Origin: a bacterium
Lineage (GTDB): Bacteria; Bacillota; Clostridia; Lachnospirales; Lachnospiraceae
Length of the DNA: 64,000 bases
Direction of reading: 5' to 3'
NCBI GenBank assembly: GCA_030524675.1
Contig: JAUNGE010000004.1
Span: 29,369-93,368 of the forward strand
Both the position numbers and the translations under genes were made by a program. How positions within the stretch are numbered: position 1 is the first letter of the stretch; each line of letters begins with the position of its first letter. Shown here in pieces: positions 1 to 10,777 of the stretch. Below the pieces are notes generated by a model. It was not told the origin of the DNA, searched no databases, and was given only the letters and a program-made list of their open reading frames with translations.

Positions 1-397
1 TTGGCATCTTCGGATAGTTTGCCAAAAGCGGCTCCTTGATAATGTCAAGGACTGTCATACGTGGGTCGAGGGAGGAATACGGGTCCTGGAAAATCATCTG
101 GATTTCTTTTCTGACCTTCTTCATCTCTGCCTTGTCAAGAGCGATAAAATCCACTTCTCTGCCATCTGCTGTCTGGTAGATTACCTGACCTTCGCTCGCC
201 TGGTGCGCACGCACGATACATCTTCCCAAAGTCGTCTTACCGCAGCCGGACTCACCTACGATACCGATGGTCTCGCCCTTCATAATGTCAAAGCTGACAT
301 CTGTCACAGCGCGGACACAGACACCTTTGGAGGTAAAACGCTTTGAAACGTTTTTTATCTGAAGGATTGGTTTTTCATTTTTATTCTTGTTTTCCAT
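1..397 (-). CDS. Opp/Dpp-type ABC transporter ATP-binding protein (OppF-like); 3' end outside window
   Basis: Minus-strand translation from ATG 397-395 reads MENKNKNEKPILQIKNVSKRF...GIVGESGCGKTTLGR (Walker A). ATGA start/stop overlap with the upstream ATPase gene. The frame is open to position 1. Confidence 0.85.
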   Translation of the reverse strand, partial: MENKNKNEKPILQIKNVSKRFTSKGVCVRAVTDVSFDIMKGETIGIVGESGCGKTTLGRCIVRAHQASEGQVIYQTADGREVDFIALDKAEMKKVRKEIQMIFQDPYSSLDPRMTVLDIIKEPLLANYPKMP

Positions 398-1419
398 CAC
401 GCCTTCCCTCCTGTCTCTTTGTCATACAGATGACATGCAATCTTGTGCGTCTTGTCTAAATTTGCAAGACCTGGCTCTGTCTGATTGCAGACACCGTCAA
501 TATGGCAGGTACATCTGTCGTAGAAACCACACCCCGGCGGCAGATTGAGTGCCAGCGGCACGGTACCTTCGATGGAGAACAGCCTCTCATTCTTTGGTCC
601 GCCGATTTTATGTACAGAACCAATCAAACCTCTCGTGTATGGGTGTTTCGGGTTTGCGAAAATCTCATCTACTGGAGCCTGCTCCACTACTTTTCCAAGG
701 TACATAACCGCTACCTCATCACACATCTTTGCCACCGTACCGAGGTCATGTGTGATGAACAGAATGGACATACCCATCTCTTTCTGGAGTTCCTTCATCA
801 GTTCCAGAATCTGTGCCTGAATGGTAACATCAAGAGCAGTTGTCGGCTCGTCGGCAATCAGAAGGTCCGGCTTACATACGAGCGCCATGGCAATCAGGGC
901 TCTCTGCAGCATACCGCCGGAGAACTCGTGCGGATACTGATTGTAGCGTTTCTCCGCATTTGCGATTCCGACCTTTTTCATCATTTCCAGAGTAATCTTT
1001 TTGGATTCCTCTTTGTCTTTTGTGATATGCAGTCTGGTACATTCATTGATCTGGTTTCCGATTGTATACATCGGAGAGAACGCCACCATCGGCTCCTGGA
1101 AAATCATAGAAATCTGCTTTCCGCGGATAGCGCGGATTTCTTTTCCAGTCGGTTTTAAAGCAAGCAAATCTGTCGGCTCCTCGCCATGCTGGCTGTACCA
1201 GATATGGCCGCCCACTTGACATTTCTTATCATTGATTCCAAGAATAGACTTACTGGTCAGGGATTTACCGCAGCCGGACTCACCTACAAGCCCCAAGGTC
1301 TTTCCACGCTCAATCGTGAAATTTACGCCTCGCACAGCTGTCAGAGTACCCTCATCCATCTTAATATTGACAGTCAGGTCTTCTACATGAATAATCGTAT
1401 CGTTCTTTTTCTTTTCCAT
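397..1419 (-). CDS. Opp/Dpp-type ABC transporter ATP-binding protein (OppD-like)
   Basis: 340-aa ORF with Walker A GESGCGKS, signature FSGGMLQR, Walker B LLIADEPTTALD and a Cys-containing C-terminal extension typical of oligopeptide ATPases. Confidence 0.9.
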   Translation of the reverse strand: MEKKKNDTIIHVEDLTVNIKMDEGTLTAVRGVNFTIERGKTLGLVGESGCGKSLTSKSILGINDKKCQVGGHIWYSQHGEEPTDLLALKPTGKEIRAIRGKQISMIFQEPMVAFSPMYTIGNQINECTRLHITKDKEESKKITLEMMKKVGIANAEKRYNQYPHEFSGGMLQRALIAMALVCKPDLLIADEPTTALDVTIQAQILELMKELQKEMGMSILFITHDLGTVAKMCDEVAVMYLGKVVEQAPVDEIFANPKHPYTRGLIGSVHKIGGPKNERLFSIEGTVPLALNLPPGCGFYDRCTCHIDGVCNQTEPGLANLDKTHKIACHLYDKETGGKA

Positions 1420-1432
1420 CTATGTCCGCCTC

Positions 1433-2563
<1,131 letters not shown>

Positions 2564-3559
2564 CTAGCTCCTTTCCGCGAAACGAATTCTCGGGTCCATC
2601 CATGCCAGCACAATATCAGAAATCAGTGTGCCGACTACAACCAGAATACCCTGAATCAGAAGAATCGTACCTGCCAGATACATATCCTGGTATTTCAGCG
2701 CTTCATACAGGACAGGTCCCTGAATTGCGAGGTTCATAACGATAGCTGAAATCGTGGAACCCGAAAAAATACTGGATAAGGAGTGTGCAAGGCCGCTGAC
2801 TACCGGATTCAGCGCGGCGCGCAGACAGTATTTGTAAGTAATAACCCACTCAGAAACGCCCTTGGCTCTCGCTGTCAGCGCATACTGTTTTGCCTTCTCA
2901 TCGAGCATCTGTGCACGCACAGTACGGATAACGCCGCAGGTGCCGGCCGTACCGATAACGATAGTCGGAATAATCATACGCTTCATAAAATCTCCGAAAT
3001 TCGAGAGTGTCAGACCATTTTGAAGCATATCGTTTGAGAACAGGCCCAAAAGGGAATTTCCTGTCCATTTAAAGGACAGATACATCAAAATAATCGCCAA
3101 CAGGAAGTTTGGCGTCGCCATGCCCAGAAAACCGATGCTTGTGAAGATATAATCTCCCACGGAATACTGGTGGTTTGCACTGTAAATTCCAATCGGAATT
3201 GATACCAGATAAGTAAACAGCATAATAATCAGGGACACTGTAATCGTCAGATACAGACGGTCCATGATAACGCTCCACACTGGTCTGGAATAGGTAAAGG
3301 AGTATCCAAAATCACCTTTTGTAATGATATTTGTCATCCAGAGTACATACTGTAAATACCACGGCTTATCAAGCCCATACTGCGCGCGCAGTGCCTCTAT
3401 ATCCGCTGCGGTAAACACTTCACCTTCCGCCTGCATACGGGAAATATAACTTGTGACATAATCTCCCGGAGGAAGCTGGATGATAAAGAAAATCACGAAG
3501 GATATCAGCAAAACTGTAGGAATAAACAATAAAATACGTTTTCCAATATATTTTAACAT
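2564..3559 (-). CDS. Opp/Dpp-type ABC transporter permease (OppB-like)
   Basis: 331-aa polytopic membrane ORF with EAA-like region ARAKGVSEWVITYKYCLRAALNP. First permease gene after the binding-protein gene. Confidence 0.85.
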   Translation of the reverse strand: MLKYIGKRILLFIPTVLLISFVIFFIIQLPPGDYVTSYISRMQAEGEVFTAADIEALRAQYGLDKPWYLQYVLWMTNIITKGDFGYSFTYSRPVWSVIMDRLYLTITVSLIIMLFTYLVSIPIGIYSANHQYSVGDYIFTSIGFLGMATPNFLLAIILMYLSFKWTGNSLLGLFSNDMLQNGLTLSNFGDFMKRMIIPTIVIGTAGTCGVIRTVRAQMLDEKAKQYALTARAKGVSEWVITYKYCLRAALNPVVSGLAHSLSSIFSGSTISAIVMNLAIQGPVLYEALKYQDMYLAGTILLIQGILVVVGTLISDIVLAWMDPRIRFAERS

Positions 3560-3640
3560 GCCCTCTCTCCATCCTTTCTTCTTGTTTTCACAAAATTTTC
3601 GCTTTCATAAAACTTTTACTGCCCCTATAGTAAACCCCCA

Positions 3641-3658
3641 TGCCTGCTGGTGCAGGCA
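3641..3658 (-). repeat. GC-rich 18-bp palindrome/hairpin TGCCTGC-N4-GCAGGCA, copy 1 of 3
   Basis: TGCCTGCTGGTGCAGGCA lies 82 nt upstream of the oppB-like start. Near-identical copies are at 47535-47552 and 51895-51912. Confidence 0.5.
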
Positions 3659-3749
3659 CCGCCATGACATGCAAAGTGGAGGCTACTGACTGCGAACAGG
3701 TCAATAACCCCCACCCCATACACCTATCAGTTACTTACTTTTGTATCAA

Positions 3750-4010
3750 GATGTTGGGGTCAAAAGGTATTTTGACCCCTTTGATACCGGATTGCTCCGC
3801 ACTGTGTGCTCCCGCAAGGTCTACGCTCCGCTCCGGTCGGCGCCAAGCAGGCGTCACTGGCGCCTGGCGCCCTAAAAACATTCATAATTCGCTCATTTTT
3901 CTTTGAAAAATGGCTACTTATTCATGTTTTTGGCGGGTCCCAAAGTCAGAAATCCTCTTGAAAGCAAGCTTTCATCAGATTTCTGACCTTTTGACCCTGG
4001 TATCATATCA
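3750..4010. repeat. MITE-like structured intergenic repeat, copy A (261 bp, carries a 55-nt GC-rich insert at 3818-3872)
   Basis: Aligns end to end with 6543-6751. Left end GATGTTGGGGTCAAAAGGTATTTTGACCCC; right end CTGACCTTTTGACCCTGGTATCATATCA. Confidence 0.85.
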
Positions 4011-4011
4011 A

Positions 4012-6039
4012 TTAGTCAGCAAAATAGCAGCACTCAATATGCGCAATACCAAGACCACGGAACTCATCACAGTATACAGAAGTCTCTGGGAAGTTCTTAA
4101 AGTTGTCTTTCACTGCAATCAGAGTCGTCGGAGCTGCCATGTAGCCCAGCACCCAGGTATTCTCTTTGTGCAGGTCTAACATCTGCTGTGCAATTTCCAT
4201 CTGTTTGTCAGAGTCAACCTCAACCTTTAACTGGTCGTACAGGTTGCACAGTTCCAGAAGTCCTCCCTCCGGAGCAACACCTTCAGCGCCGCGGGATGCA
4301 TACCAGTTGCCAACTTGGCTGTACCATGCAGCGTAGTTTCTAACTGGAACCAATGTATCTGGTCTCAAAATGATGCTGATAGTCTCTGCCGGAACAACCG
4401 GTCCGATAACTGCATCAAAATCGTTGCTCGTTGTCATGTTGTCCATAAGCTCACGGCTGACTGGCTTGTATGTACACTTAATGCCGATTGCATCGTAGTA
4501 CTTCATCAGAAGCTCTGCGGACTCGTCAGAACCGGACTCTGTGTTTGTGGAAAGATTCAGAACAAAATCTTTGCCGTTTGCAAAATCCCAGTAGCCATCA
4601 CTGCCTTTTACCATGCCGCAGCCCTCAATCAGAGTCTGTGCAGCTGCCGGATCATACTCGGTCCACTTTGCAGCCCATTCTGCGTCGTATCCCATCGTTC
4701 CCTCAGCTGGAGCTGCCTGTGCGCCATCCTGCCATCCGTCGGATAACAGAGATGCATATTCTTTTCTGTCAACAGCGATGGAAAGTGCCTGACGGAAATC
4801 GATATTGTTGAACAGTGCTCTGTAATCCTCATCTTTGTCTGTCAGGTTCAGATGTACCTGGCTTCTGATATCGGCCCACTGGCCGTTGGACCACTGAATC
4901 AGATGATAGCCGCCTTTTTCTGCGTTCTCCTGCAAAGTTGCGATATCTGCCCAGTTTGCACCGTCGTTGATGGTAACGGAACCTTCCAGAGTCTTTAACA
5001 GAGTCTGGGAAGCGTCAGAAATTCTAGTGATTTCCAGTTTATCAATATACGGAAGCTGTCTTCCCTCAGAGTCTACTTTCCAGTAGTACGGATTTCTCAC
5101 ATACTCGTAATAATCGCCGTCTACGTCGTTCTTTCCGGATTCTGTGGAGAGAACCCAAGGATTTAAGGTCGGGATACCAGATACGTTCCAGAAATAATAA
5201 CCCGTTTCCTTGCCCATAGCTGCCGCATCAGAGAATCCCATCTCTGTAGCTTTCTGCTTTGCTGCTTCCTCGCCGATAAACTCTGCCAAAATCTGCTCAT
5301 GATAATGCTTCGGTGCGAAACACCATTTTGCATTGATTGCCAGATTCTCGATGAAGGATGGTTTGGAATACTGGAATTTTACCTTAAATGTGGTGTCATC
5401 CACTTTCTCAAACTCAGCCTCTGTCACTTCGTCCGGATTCTCCGGATTTGCTACCTTAAAGCAATCCCATAAGGATTTACCAAATGTAGCCGGTTTACAC
5501 ATATGGTCATAGAAGAATACGCAATCCTCTGCGGTAAACGGAACCCCGTCAGACCATTTCATGCCTTTTCTCAGATAAATTGTGTACTCTGTAGCATCCT
5601 CATTTACATCATAGCCTTTTGCCACGTTTGGCTCTACTGTACCGTCTTCTTTGAAGCGGAACAGTCCCTGCTCGATTGGCTTACCGGTACTCCAGCCTGC
5701 TTTCTGGAATGCGAACTGGATGGAACCGCCGTACTGTCCAAGGCTCTCCATCTCCTCCACCATCGCATCTCCGTCTGTCGGAATACGCTCTTCCAGCGCC
5801 GGAAGGGTTCCTGCTGCTACCTGCTCGGCAAGCATCGGTGCTTCCTTCTGGCTGGTATCCACAGCTGTGTTCTCAGCTGCCGCTGTCGTTGTCTCTGCAG
5901 CTGCTGTGGAGCCTGCCTCTGTCTGTGCCGCTGTCGTAGCCGAAGCTGCTGTCGTGGCAGTGCTTCCACCGCCGCCGCACCCAACCAGGGACATCGCCAT
6001 AACGGCTGCACATGCGAGTGCTAATCCTCTTTTTCTCAT
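4012..6039 (-). CDS. ABC transporter substrate-binding lipoprotein, peptide/nickel (family 5) type
   Basis: 675-aa ORF with lipoprotein signal MRKRGLALACAAVMAMSLVGC, an Ala/Thr-rich linker and a large SBP body. Heads the opp-like operon. Confidence 0.85.
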   Translation of the reverse strand: MRKRGLALACAAVMAMSLVGCGGGGSTATTAASATTAAQTEAGSTAAAETTTAAAENTAVDTSQKEAPMLAEQVAAGTLPALEERIPTDGDAMVEEMESLGQYGGSIQFAFQKAGWSTGKPIEQGLFRFKEDGTVEPNVAKGYDVNEDATEYTIYLRKGMKWSDGVPFTAEDCVFFYDHMCKPATFGKSLWDCFKVANPENPDEVTEAEFEKVDDTTFKVKFQYSKPSFIENLAINAKWCFAPKHYHEQILAEFIGEEAAKQKATEMGFSDAAAMGKETGYYFWNVSGIPTLNPWVLSTESGKNDVDGDYYEYVRNPYYWKVDSEGRQLPYIDKLEITRISDASQTLLKTLEGSVTINDGANWADIATLQENAEKGGYHLIQWSNGQWADIRSQVHLNLTDKDEDYRALFNNIDFRQALSIAVDRKEYASLLSDGWQDGAQAAPAEGTMGYDAEWAAKWTEYDPAAAQTLIEGCGMVKGSDGYWDFANGKDFVLNLSTNTESGSDESAELLMKYYDAIGIKCTYKPVSRELMDNMTTSNDFDAVIGPVVPAETISIILRPDTLVPVRNYAAWYSQVGNWYASRGAEGVAPEGGLLELCNLYDQLKVEVDSDKQMEIAQQMLDLHKENTWVLGYMAAPTTLIAVKDNFKNFPETSVYCDEFRGLGIAHIECCYFAD

Positions 6040-6490
6040 AGTAATTCTCCTCCCTTATTTCTTCTCAGTGACCGAAAAAATTTTGTCTTACTATTCAGCC
6101 AAATGCCCTCCCAAACGCCACTTTCCTGCGCACCTGTTTTTGGGCATTTTACCGAAATATAAAGTTTTTTTTCGCATCACTTTTATGAATATTATCATAT
6201 CAAATTTTCCCAATTTCATCTACGCAAACCTTGTCAAATTTGTGTAAATTCCTTGCATTTTTTGCGTTATATTCCATTTTTTCTTCCCTTTTTCGGATCT
6301 TCTCCATCTTTATTCCAGAACATACCCATCTCTTTCTCTTTTCTCAATCATTTTTTGACATTTTCTTGGTGATGTTCTATATATGCGGCGCAAAATATGC
6401 GCATTTAATTTTTGTGCAGTTTTCCCTATACTTTCTGCCGCTGGCTTCTTTTTCCCTGATACTGAATACATTCTCTTTTCAGGCACACAG

Positions 6491-6530
6491 AAAAAAACAA
6501 GGCTGGACAAGCAGAAAACTGCTCCCAGCC
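6491..6530 (-). terminator. rho-independent terminator downstream of the GH42 gene and repeat copy B
   Basis: In the minus sense: GGCTGGGAGCAG-TTTT-CTGCTTGTCCAGCC followed by TTGTTTTTTT. Confidence 0.7.
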
Positions 6531-6542
6531 TCCCAATATTAT

Positions 6543-6751
6543 GATGTTGGGGTCAAAAGGTATTTTGACCCCTTTGATACCAGATTGCTCCGCACTGCGT
6601 GCTCTCACAATCTCAAAAACATTCATAATCCGCTCATTTTTCTTTGAAAAATGGCTACTTATTCATGTTTTTGGCGGGTCCCAAAGTCAAAAATCCTCTT
6701 GCAAGCAAGCTTGCATCGGATTTCTGACCTTTTGACCCTGGTATCATATCA
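6543..6751. repeat. MITE-like structured intergenic repeat, copy B (209 bp, reference copy)
   Basis: Imperfect terminal inverted repeats and four internal hairpins. Its right end overlaps the TGA stop of the GH42 gene (6749-6751). Confidence 0.85.
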
Positions 6752-8764
6752 TGAATTGTATCCCGATAAGATCAATTCTGCATCATACCCTTTTAGCATA
6801 AGCTCTTTCTCATAATAGTTCTCAGACAGTACGCCTTTTCCAGATTTTTCCAATGGAACACAGATGGCATGGGAAGTAGTATTTACATAAAAATACTGAT
6901 TTTGTGCAATCCGCCTCGCCTGAATTCCTTCAGGCAATACAAATTCCCTTTTAATCCCCAATTCATCCTCCACACGCGCTATCAGCCATGCCAGCATCGT
7001 TTGGTTCGTTTCGAGAGCAGTATAATAAGCGGTACCTTTTCCATACTGATTTCTGGAAACCGCACACATATCCTTATCCTTAAAAACAGCAAACTTCTCC
7101 GCTGTCGTAAGCACAATCTGCTCATAATACTCTACATCCACCAGAAACTCTTCGCCATCCTTGCCCACAGACAGCAGCTCGTGACAGTTTCCTCCCGTGT
7201 CAGACAGAATGGCAGTATCCGAATAAAATCCTTTCATATCTGTCCAATAAAAACCTGCCACACGAATTCCAAACACATCAGACAGGCCTCCAGGTTTCGG
7301 TGTCGAAAATACTTTTCCTGTTTCATCTGCTGTGCCGGAATAGCCTGTCATAATCACGGTTCCACCCTGTTCCACATAGCTGCGAATCGTTGCCGCAACT
7401 GCAGGCTCAATCATAATATGACCTGGAACGATTAATAAGCGATACTCTTTCTTTAAATGCCGCAAATCAACCATATTATATTCCTGATTGCTTTCATAAA
7501 ATACCTGGTGGACCTGTGATATTGCATCCGCATAGCGCTGCCGGAATTGAATCTTATGATATTGCGATACCCAGCCGCTTTCCTGATTGAATGCAACGGC
7601 AATTTCTGGAGTCGGAAGGTATGGAAAGGCATACTTCTGCAGCTTTTTAAAGTCTGCGGCGACCTGTACAAACGCACTGTAATTTGGAGTGGGAATCCCA
7701 TCGTGTCCAAGCATACCATGATAGTACTGCTCTTCTCCTCCCAGCATACTTCTCCATGTCCAGCCCAAAATCATCTGTCCTCTGTTTATGAGACTTAATA
7801 ATGCCTGCATACGGATAAATCCCTGAGGTGGACAGAATACACCGGCCCCTCCTGTCTGGAATTCCAAAAACCACATTGGTTTTCCCGTTTCTGCCAGCCG
7901 TTCCTGATTCACGATTTTACAATAGTGAAACTTTTCGTCCAATTCATATCCTGGATAAAAGCCAACTCCCGGATAGTCCACAAATTCATCGCATATTTTC
8001 AAATAATCAAACCCTAAGTTGTCTCTCCCTGAATAATGATTGGAAGAATGTGGAACCTTTGGCGCATTCTTACTGACAACCTCCTTCAACCGAATCAAGA
8101 AACGGCCAATCCCGTCTGAAAAAAAGCGCCGCATATCCAGCCAGGCTTCCGGTGCTCCAACTGCAACTTCATTTTCCTGAAGAACCACATCGTCAAAGGA
8201 GGTAAGTTGTCTGCTCCATCGCCTCGTTGCCCATGCCTCATTCAATGCCTCAATCGTGCCATACTTCTTTTTGAGCCAGTTTGCAAACCGATTTCTGGCA
8301 TACTCAGAATAAGACATCACTCCTGCACCCATCTCATTGCACAGTCCAAAAGCGAACAGCGCCGGATGATTCTTGTAGCGATTCACCAGTATCTCAGCAA
8401 ACCGCAGCGCATACTGCTGATATGCAGGGTCATCAACGTCCTCCATATATCGCCTTAGACTTGGCTGACTGTTTCCACTTTTTCCATGAATGTTACACCC
8501 AGGACATAATTTATGTACCCAGACCGGTGCCGGACGCATCGAGATATCCAGCACAACGCCAATGCCCGCCTCATAAAACAAATCCATAACCTCATCAAAC
8601 CATTCAAATGTATACACGCCCTCTTCCGGTTCGTAGCTATCCCAACACAGATGCCCCAACCGTACAGTTGTAAATCCTGCTTCTTTCATCAGTTCAATAT
8701 CTATTTTCCACCGCTTTGGTGTCCAATCATGGGGATGGTAATTTGTTCCTACATATAGTGCCAT
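6749..8764 (-). CDS. beta-galactosidase, glycoside hydrolase family 42
   Basis: 671 aa. N-terminal TIM-barrel pattern GTNYHPHDW...GFTTVRLG, acid/base region FGLCNEMG and nucleophile region WFLEFQTGG. Confidence 0.85.
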   Translation of the reverse strand: MALYVGTNYHPHDWTPKRWKIDIELMKEAGFTTVRLGHLCWDSYEPEEGVYTFEWFDEVMDLFYEAGIGVVLDISMRPAPVWVHKLCPGCNIHGKSGNSQPSLRRYMEDVDDPAYQQYALRFAEILVNRYKNHPALFAFGLCNEMGAGVMSYSEYARNRFANWLKKKYGTIEALNEAWATRRWSRQLTSFDDVVLQENEVAVGAPEAWLDMRRFFSDGIGRFLIRLKEVVSKNAPKVPHSSNHYSGRDNLGFDYLKICDEFVDYPGVGFYPGYELDEKFHYCKIVNQERLAETGKPMWFLEFQTGGAGVFCPPQGFIRMQALLSLINRGQMILGWTWRSMLGGEEQYYHGMLGHDGIPTPNYSAFVQVAADFKKLQKYAFPYLPTPEIAVAFNQESGWVSQYHKIQFRQRYADAISQVHQVFYESNQEYNMVDLRHLKKEYRLLIVPGHIMIEPAVAATIRSYVEQGGTVIMTGYSGTADETGKVFSTPKPGGLSDVFGIRVAGFYWTDMKGFYSDTAILSDTGGNCHELLSVGKDGEEFLVDVEYYEQIVLTTAEKFAVFKDKDMCAVSRNQYGKGTAYYTALETNQTMLAWLIARVEDELGIKREFVLPEGIQARRIAQNQYFYVNTTSHAICVPLEKSGKGVLSENYYEKELMLKGYDAELILSGYNS

Positions 8765-8785
8765 TGTCTTTGCCTATCAACCTTC

Positions 8786-10777
8786 CTATTTCTCAAGTAT
8801 TCTTTTCTCTTTTTTCAGCTGCACCTCATATCCCGCCAGCTGGATTCCACATATCGTTCTTTGTTCCACGGAAAAATTCATATAAAATACATAGCGGCTC
8901 TCCTCATCCGCTCTCTCTTTCACCATAACACTGTCCACATAAGGCGAATCAATTATTCTTCTGATACCTGTCTCGTCTATCAGTGTATGGTAAAAGTCAT
9001 ACAAAAAATCCTTCTCACTTCTGCAGGCTATGTAATACGCCATTCCCTGTTTGTAGTTATTCTTTGTAAGCACAGGTCTTCCAGCATAGAAATCACATTC
9101 ATATTTGGAAAGGACCTCTGCCCCGCATACATTCAGCAAATCACAGTAAAATTTAGCTTTATATACCTTTCCGTTATAAGTGAATTGGTTATACTCATCA
9201 TCACAAAGGCTGTCAATCTCTTCCGATTTCACTCCAAATACATCATTTAAACCATATGGCGACCAGCACTCAAAGCAGAGATCATTCTCATTTACGATAC
9301 CGCTATAATAGGTCATGACGAAATTTCCGCCCTGCTCAACATAATTTTTTATCTTTTCCTGGGTACCCGTTTTAAACATATAGAGCATTGGCGCTATAAT
9401 CAGTTTATATTTTGAAAAATCAGCTGACTGGTCAATTATATCTACTGAAACATAATTTTTAAGAATCGCCTCATAATGCTCGTACATAATCACATCATAT
9501 TCCTGATTATGATTCCTTAAATTTTTTTGCTCGTACAGTGCGCGCATATTTTCCCAGTCATAAATAATGGCAACATCGCTCCATGTCTTCGTATTTTTTA
9601 TAAAAAACAACGACCGTACCTTTTCTCCCACTTCCACAACATCGTGAAAAACTCTGGTATCTTCACTGCCATTATGAGAAACTACTGCGCTGTGGAATTT
9701 CTCATAAGCGCCAAGGCTCTGCCTCCACTGAAAATACATAACGGAATCGGAACCGCAGGCAACGGCCTGCATAGAACTGAGCATATGCATTCCAGGCCGT
9801 TTCAGCTTGCTGATTTCAAAGTGGTTATTTGTGCTGGTTGTACTTTCCATCAGTACAAATGGGGCATGTTTCAAAGAGCGGCAGAAATCAAAATGAAATG
9901 CCGCCTCCACTGCCTTCTTCCATTCACTTTTCTTATCTGTTCCACAATGCCATAATGGATAACTGTCCCATGAGGTCACATCCAATATATCTGCAAGACG
10001 GTTATAGTTCACTTCGCAGTTTACATCGTACATATTTGTAGTCACAGGAATATCTGGATTATATTTTTTAACGATATCCAGCTCCATTTTGACAAAACGA
10101 ATCAGCATATCTGAAGAAAACCTTTTATAATCCAACATCAGACCATGGACTGCCGATTCTCCATGAGGCGCTGGCGATTCGATTTCCGACCAGTCATTGT
10201 ATGTATGACTCCAAAATTTACTGCAGTATTGTTTATTCAGATTGTCAATCGTACCATACTTATTCTTCAGCCATTTTCTGAAATTTTCCTGGCAGTCAGA
10301 ACAATGACATTCCCCTGAAACCTCATTGGAAATATGCCACATGAGCAAAGCAGGATGATGTGCATACCGTGCAGCCAGTTTTTCATCTATGATTCTCACT
10401 TTTTCCTGATACACCTTGCTGCTGTTGCACTGTGTCTTTCTTCTCCCATATAAATGACGCACTCTTGCCCTATCCGTCTGCATAATCTCTGGATATTTTT
10501 TTGCCATCCACGGTGGTTTTCCTGCACTTGGTGTCGCCAATATTACATAGATGCCATTTTCATACATGGAATCCATAATTTGATCCAGCCATTCAAAGGT
10601 AAACACACCCTCTTCCGGCTCCAGGCTGGCCCAGGAAAATATCCCAAGAGTAACAACATTGACACCTGCCTTTTTCATAAGCTGGATATCTTCCTTCAAA
10701 ATTTCTGGTCTGTCAAGCCACTGGTCTGCATTGTAATCCCCACCATGCAGCAGGCCATTCACTTCACTAAATTCCAT
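8786..10777 (-). CDS. beta-galactosidase, glycoside hydrolase family 42 (second paralog)
   Basis: 663 aa with GGDYNADQW...GVNVVTLGIFSW, WHISNEVSG and FVLMESTTS regions. Overlaps the stop of the upstream gene by 11 nt. Confidence 0.85.
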   Translation of the reverse strand: MEFSEVNGLLHGGDYNADQWLDRPEILKEDIQLMKKAGVNVVTLGIFSWASLEPEEGVFTFEWLDQIMDSMYENGIYVILATPSAGKPPWMAKKYPEIMQTDRARVRHLYGRRKTQCNSSKVYQEKVRIIDEKLAARYAHHPALLMWHISNEVSGECHCSDCQENFRKWLKNKYGTIDNLNKQYCSKFWSHTYNDWSEIESPAPHGESAVHGLMLDYKRFSSDMLIRFVKMELDIVKKYNPDIPVTTNMYDVNCEVNYNRLADILDVTSWDSYPLWHCGTDKKSEWKKAVEAAFHFDFCRSLKHAPFVLMESTTSTNNHFEISKLKRPGMHMLSSMQAVACGSDSVMYFQWRQSLGAYEKFHSAVVSHNGSEDTRVFHDVVEVGEKVRSLFFIKNTKTWSDVAIIYDWENMRALYEQKNLRNHNQEYDVIMYEHYEAILKNYVSVDIIDQSADFSKYKLIIAPMLYMFKTGTQEKIKNYVEQGGNFVMTYYSGIVNENDLCFECWSPYGLNDVFGVKSEEIDSLCDDEYNQFTYNGKVYKAKFYCDLLNVCGAEVLSKYECDFYAGRPVLTKNNYKQGMAYYIACRSEKDFLYDFYHTLIDETGIRRIIDSPYVDSVMVKERADEESRYVFYMNFSVEQRTICGIQLAGYEVQLKKEKRILEK

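Noticed and set aside
3580-3600. cre (CcpA) site or CodY box in the opp leader (TGAAAGCGAAAATT and AAATTTTTTCGGTCAC near 6085)
   Set aside because: Each matches only about half of the respective consensus, which is not better than expected in AT-rich leader DNA.
6231-6647. 138-aa plus-strand ORF in the spacer upstream of the peptide-binding protein gene
   Set aside because: It is an AT-rich promoter and leader region. The ORF runs into MITE copy B, its Phe/Leu/Ile-rich translation is typical of T-rich non-coding DNA, and it has no ribosome-binding site.
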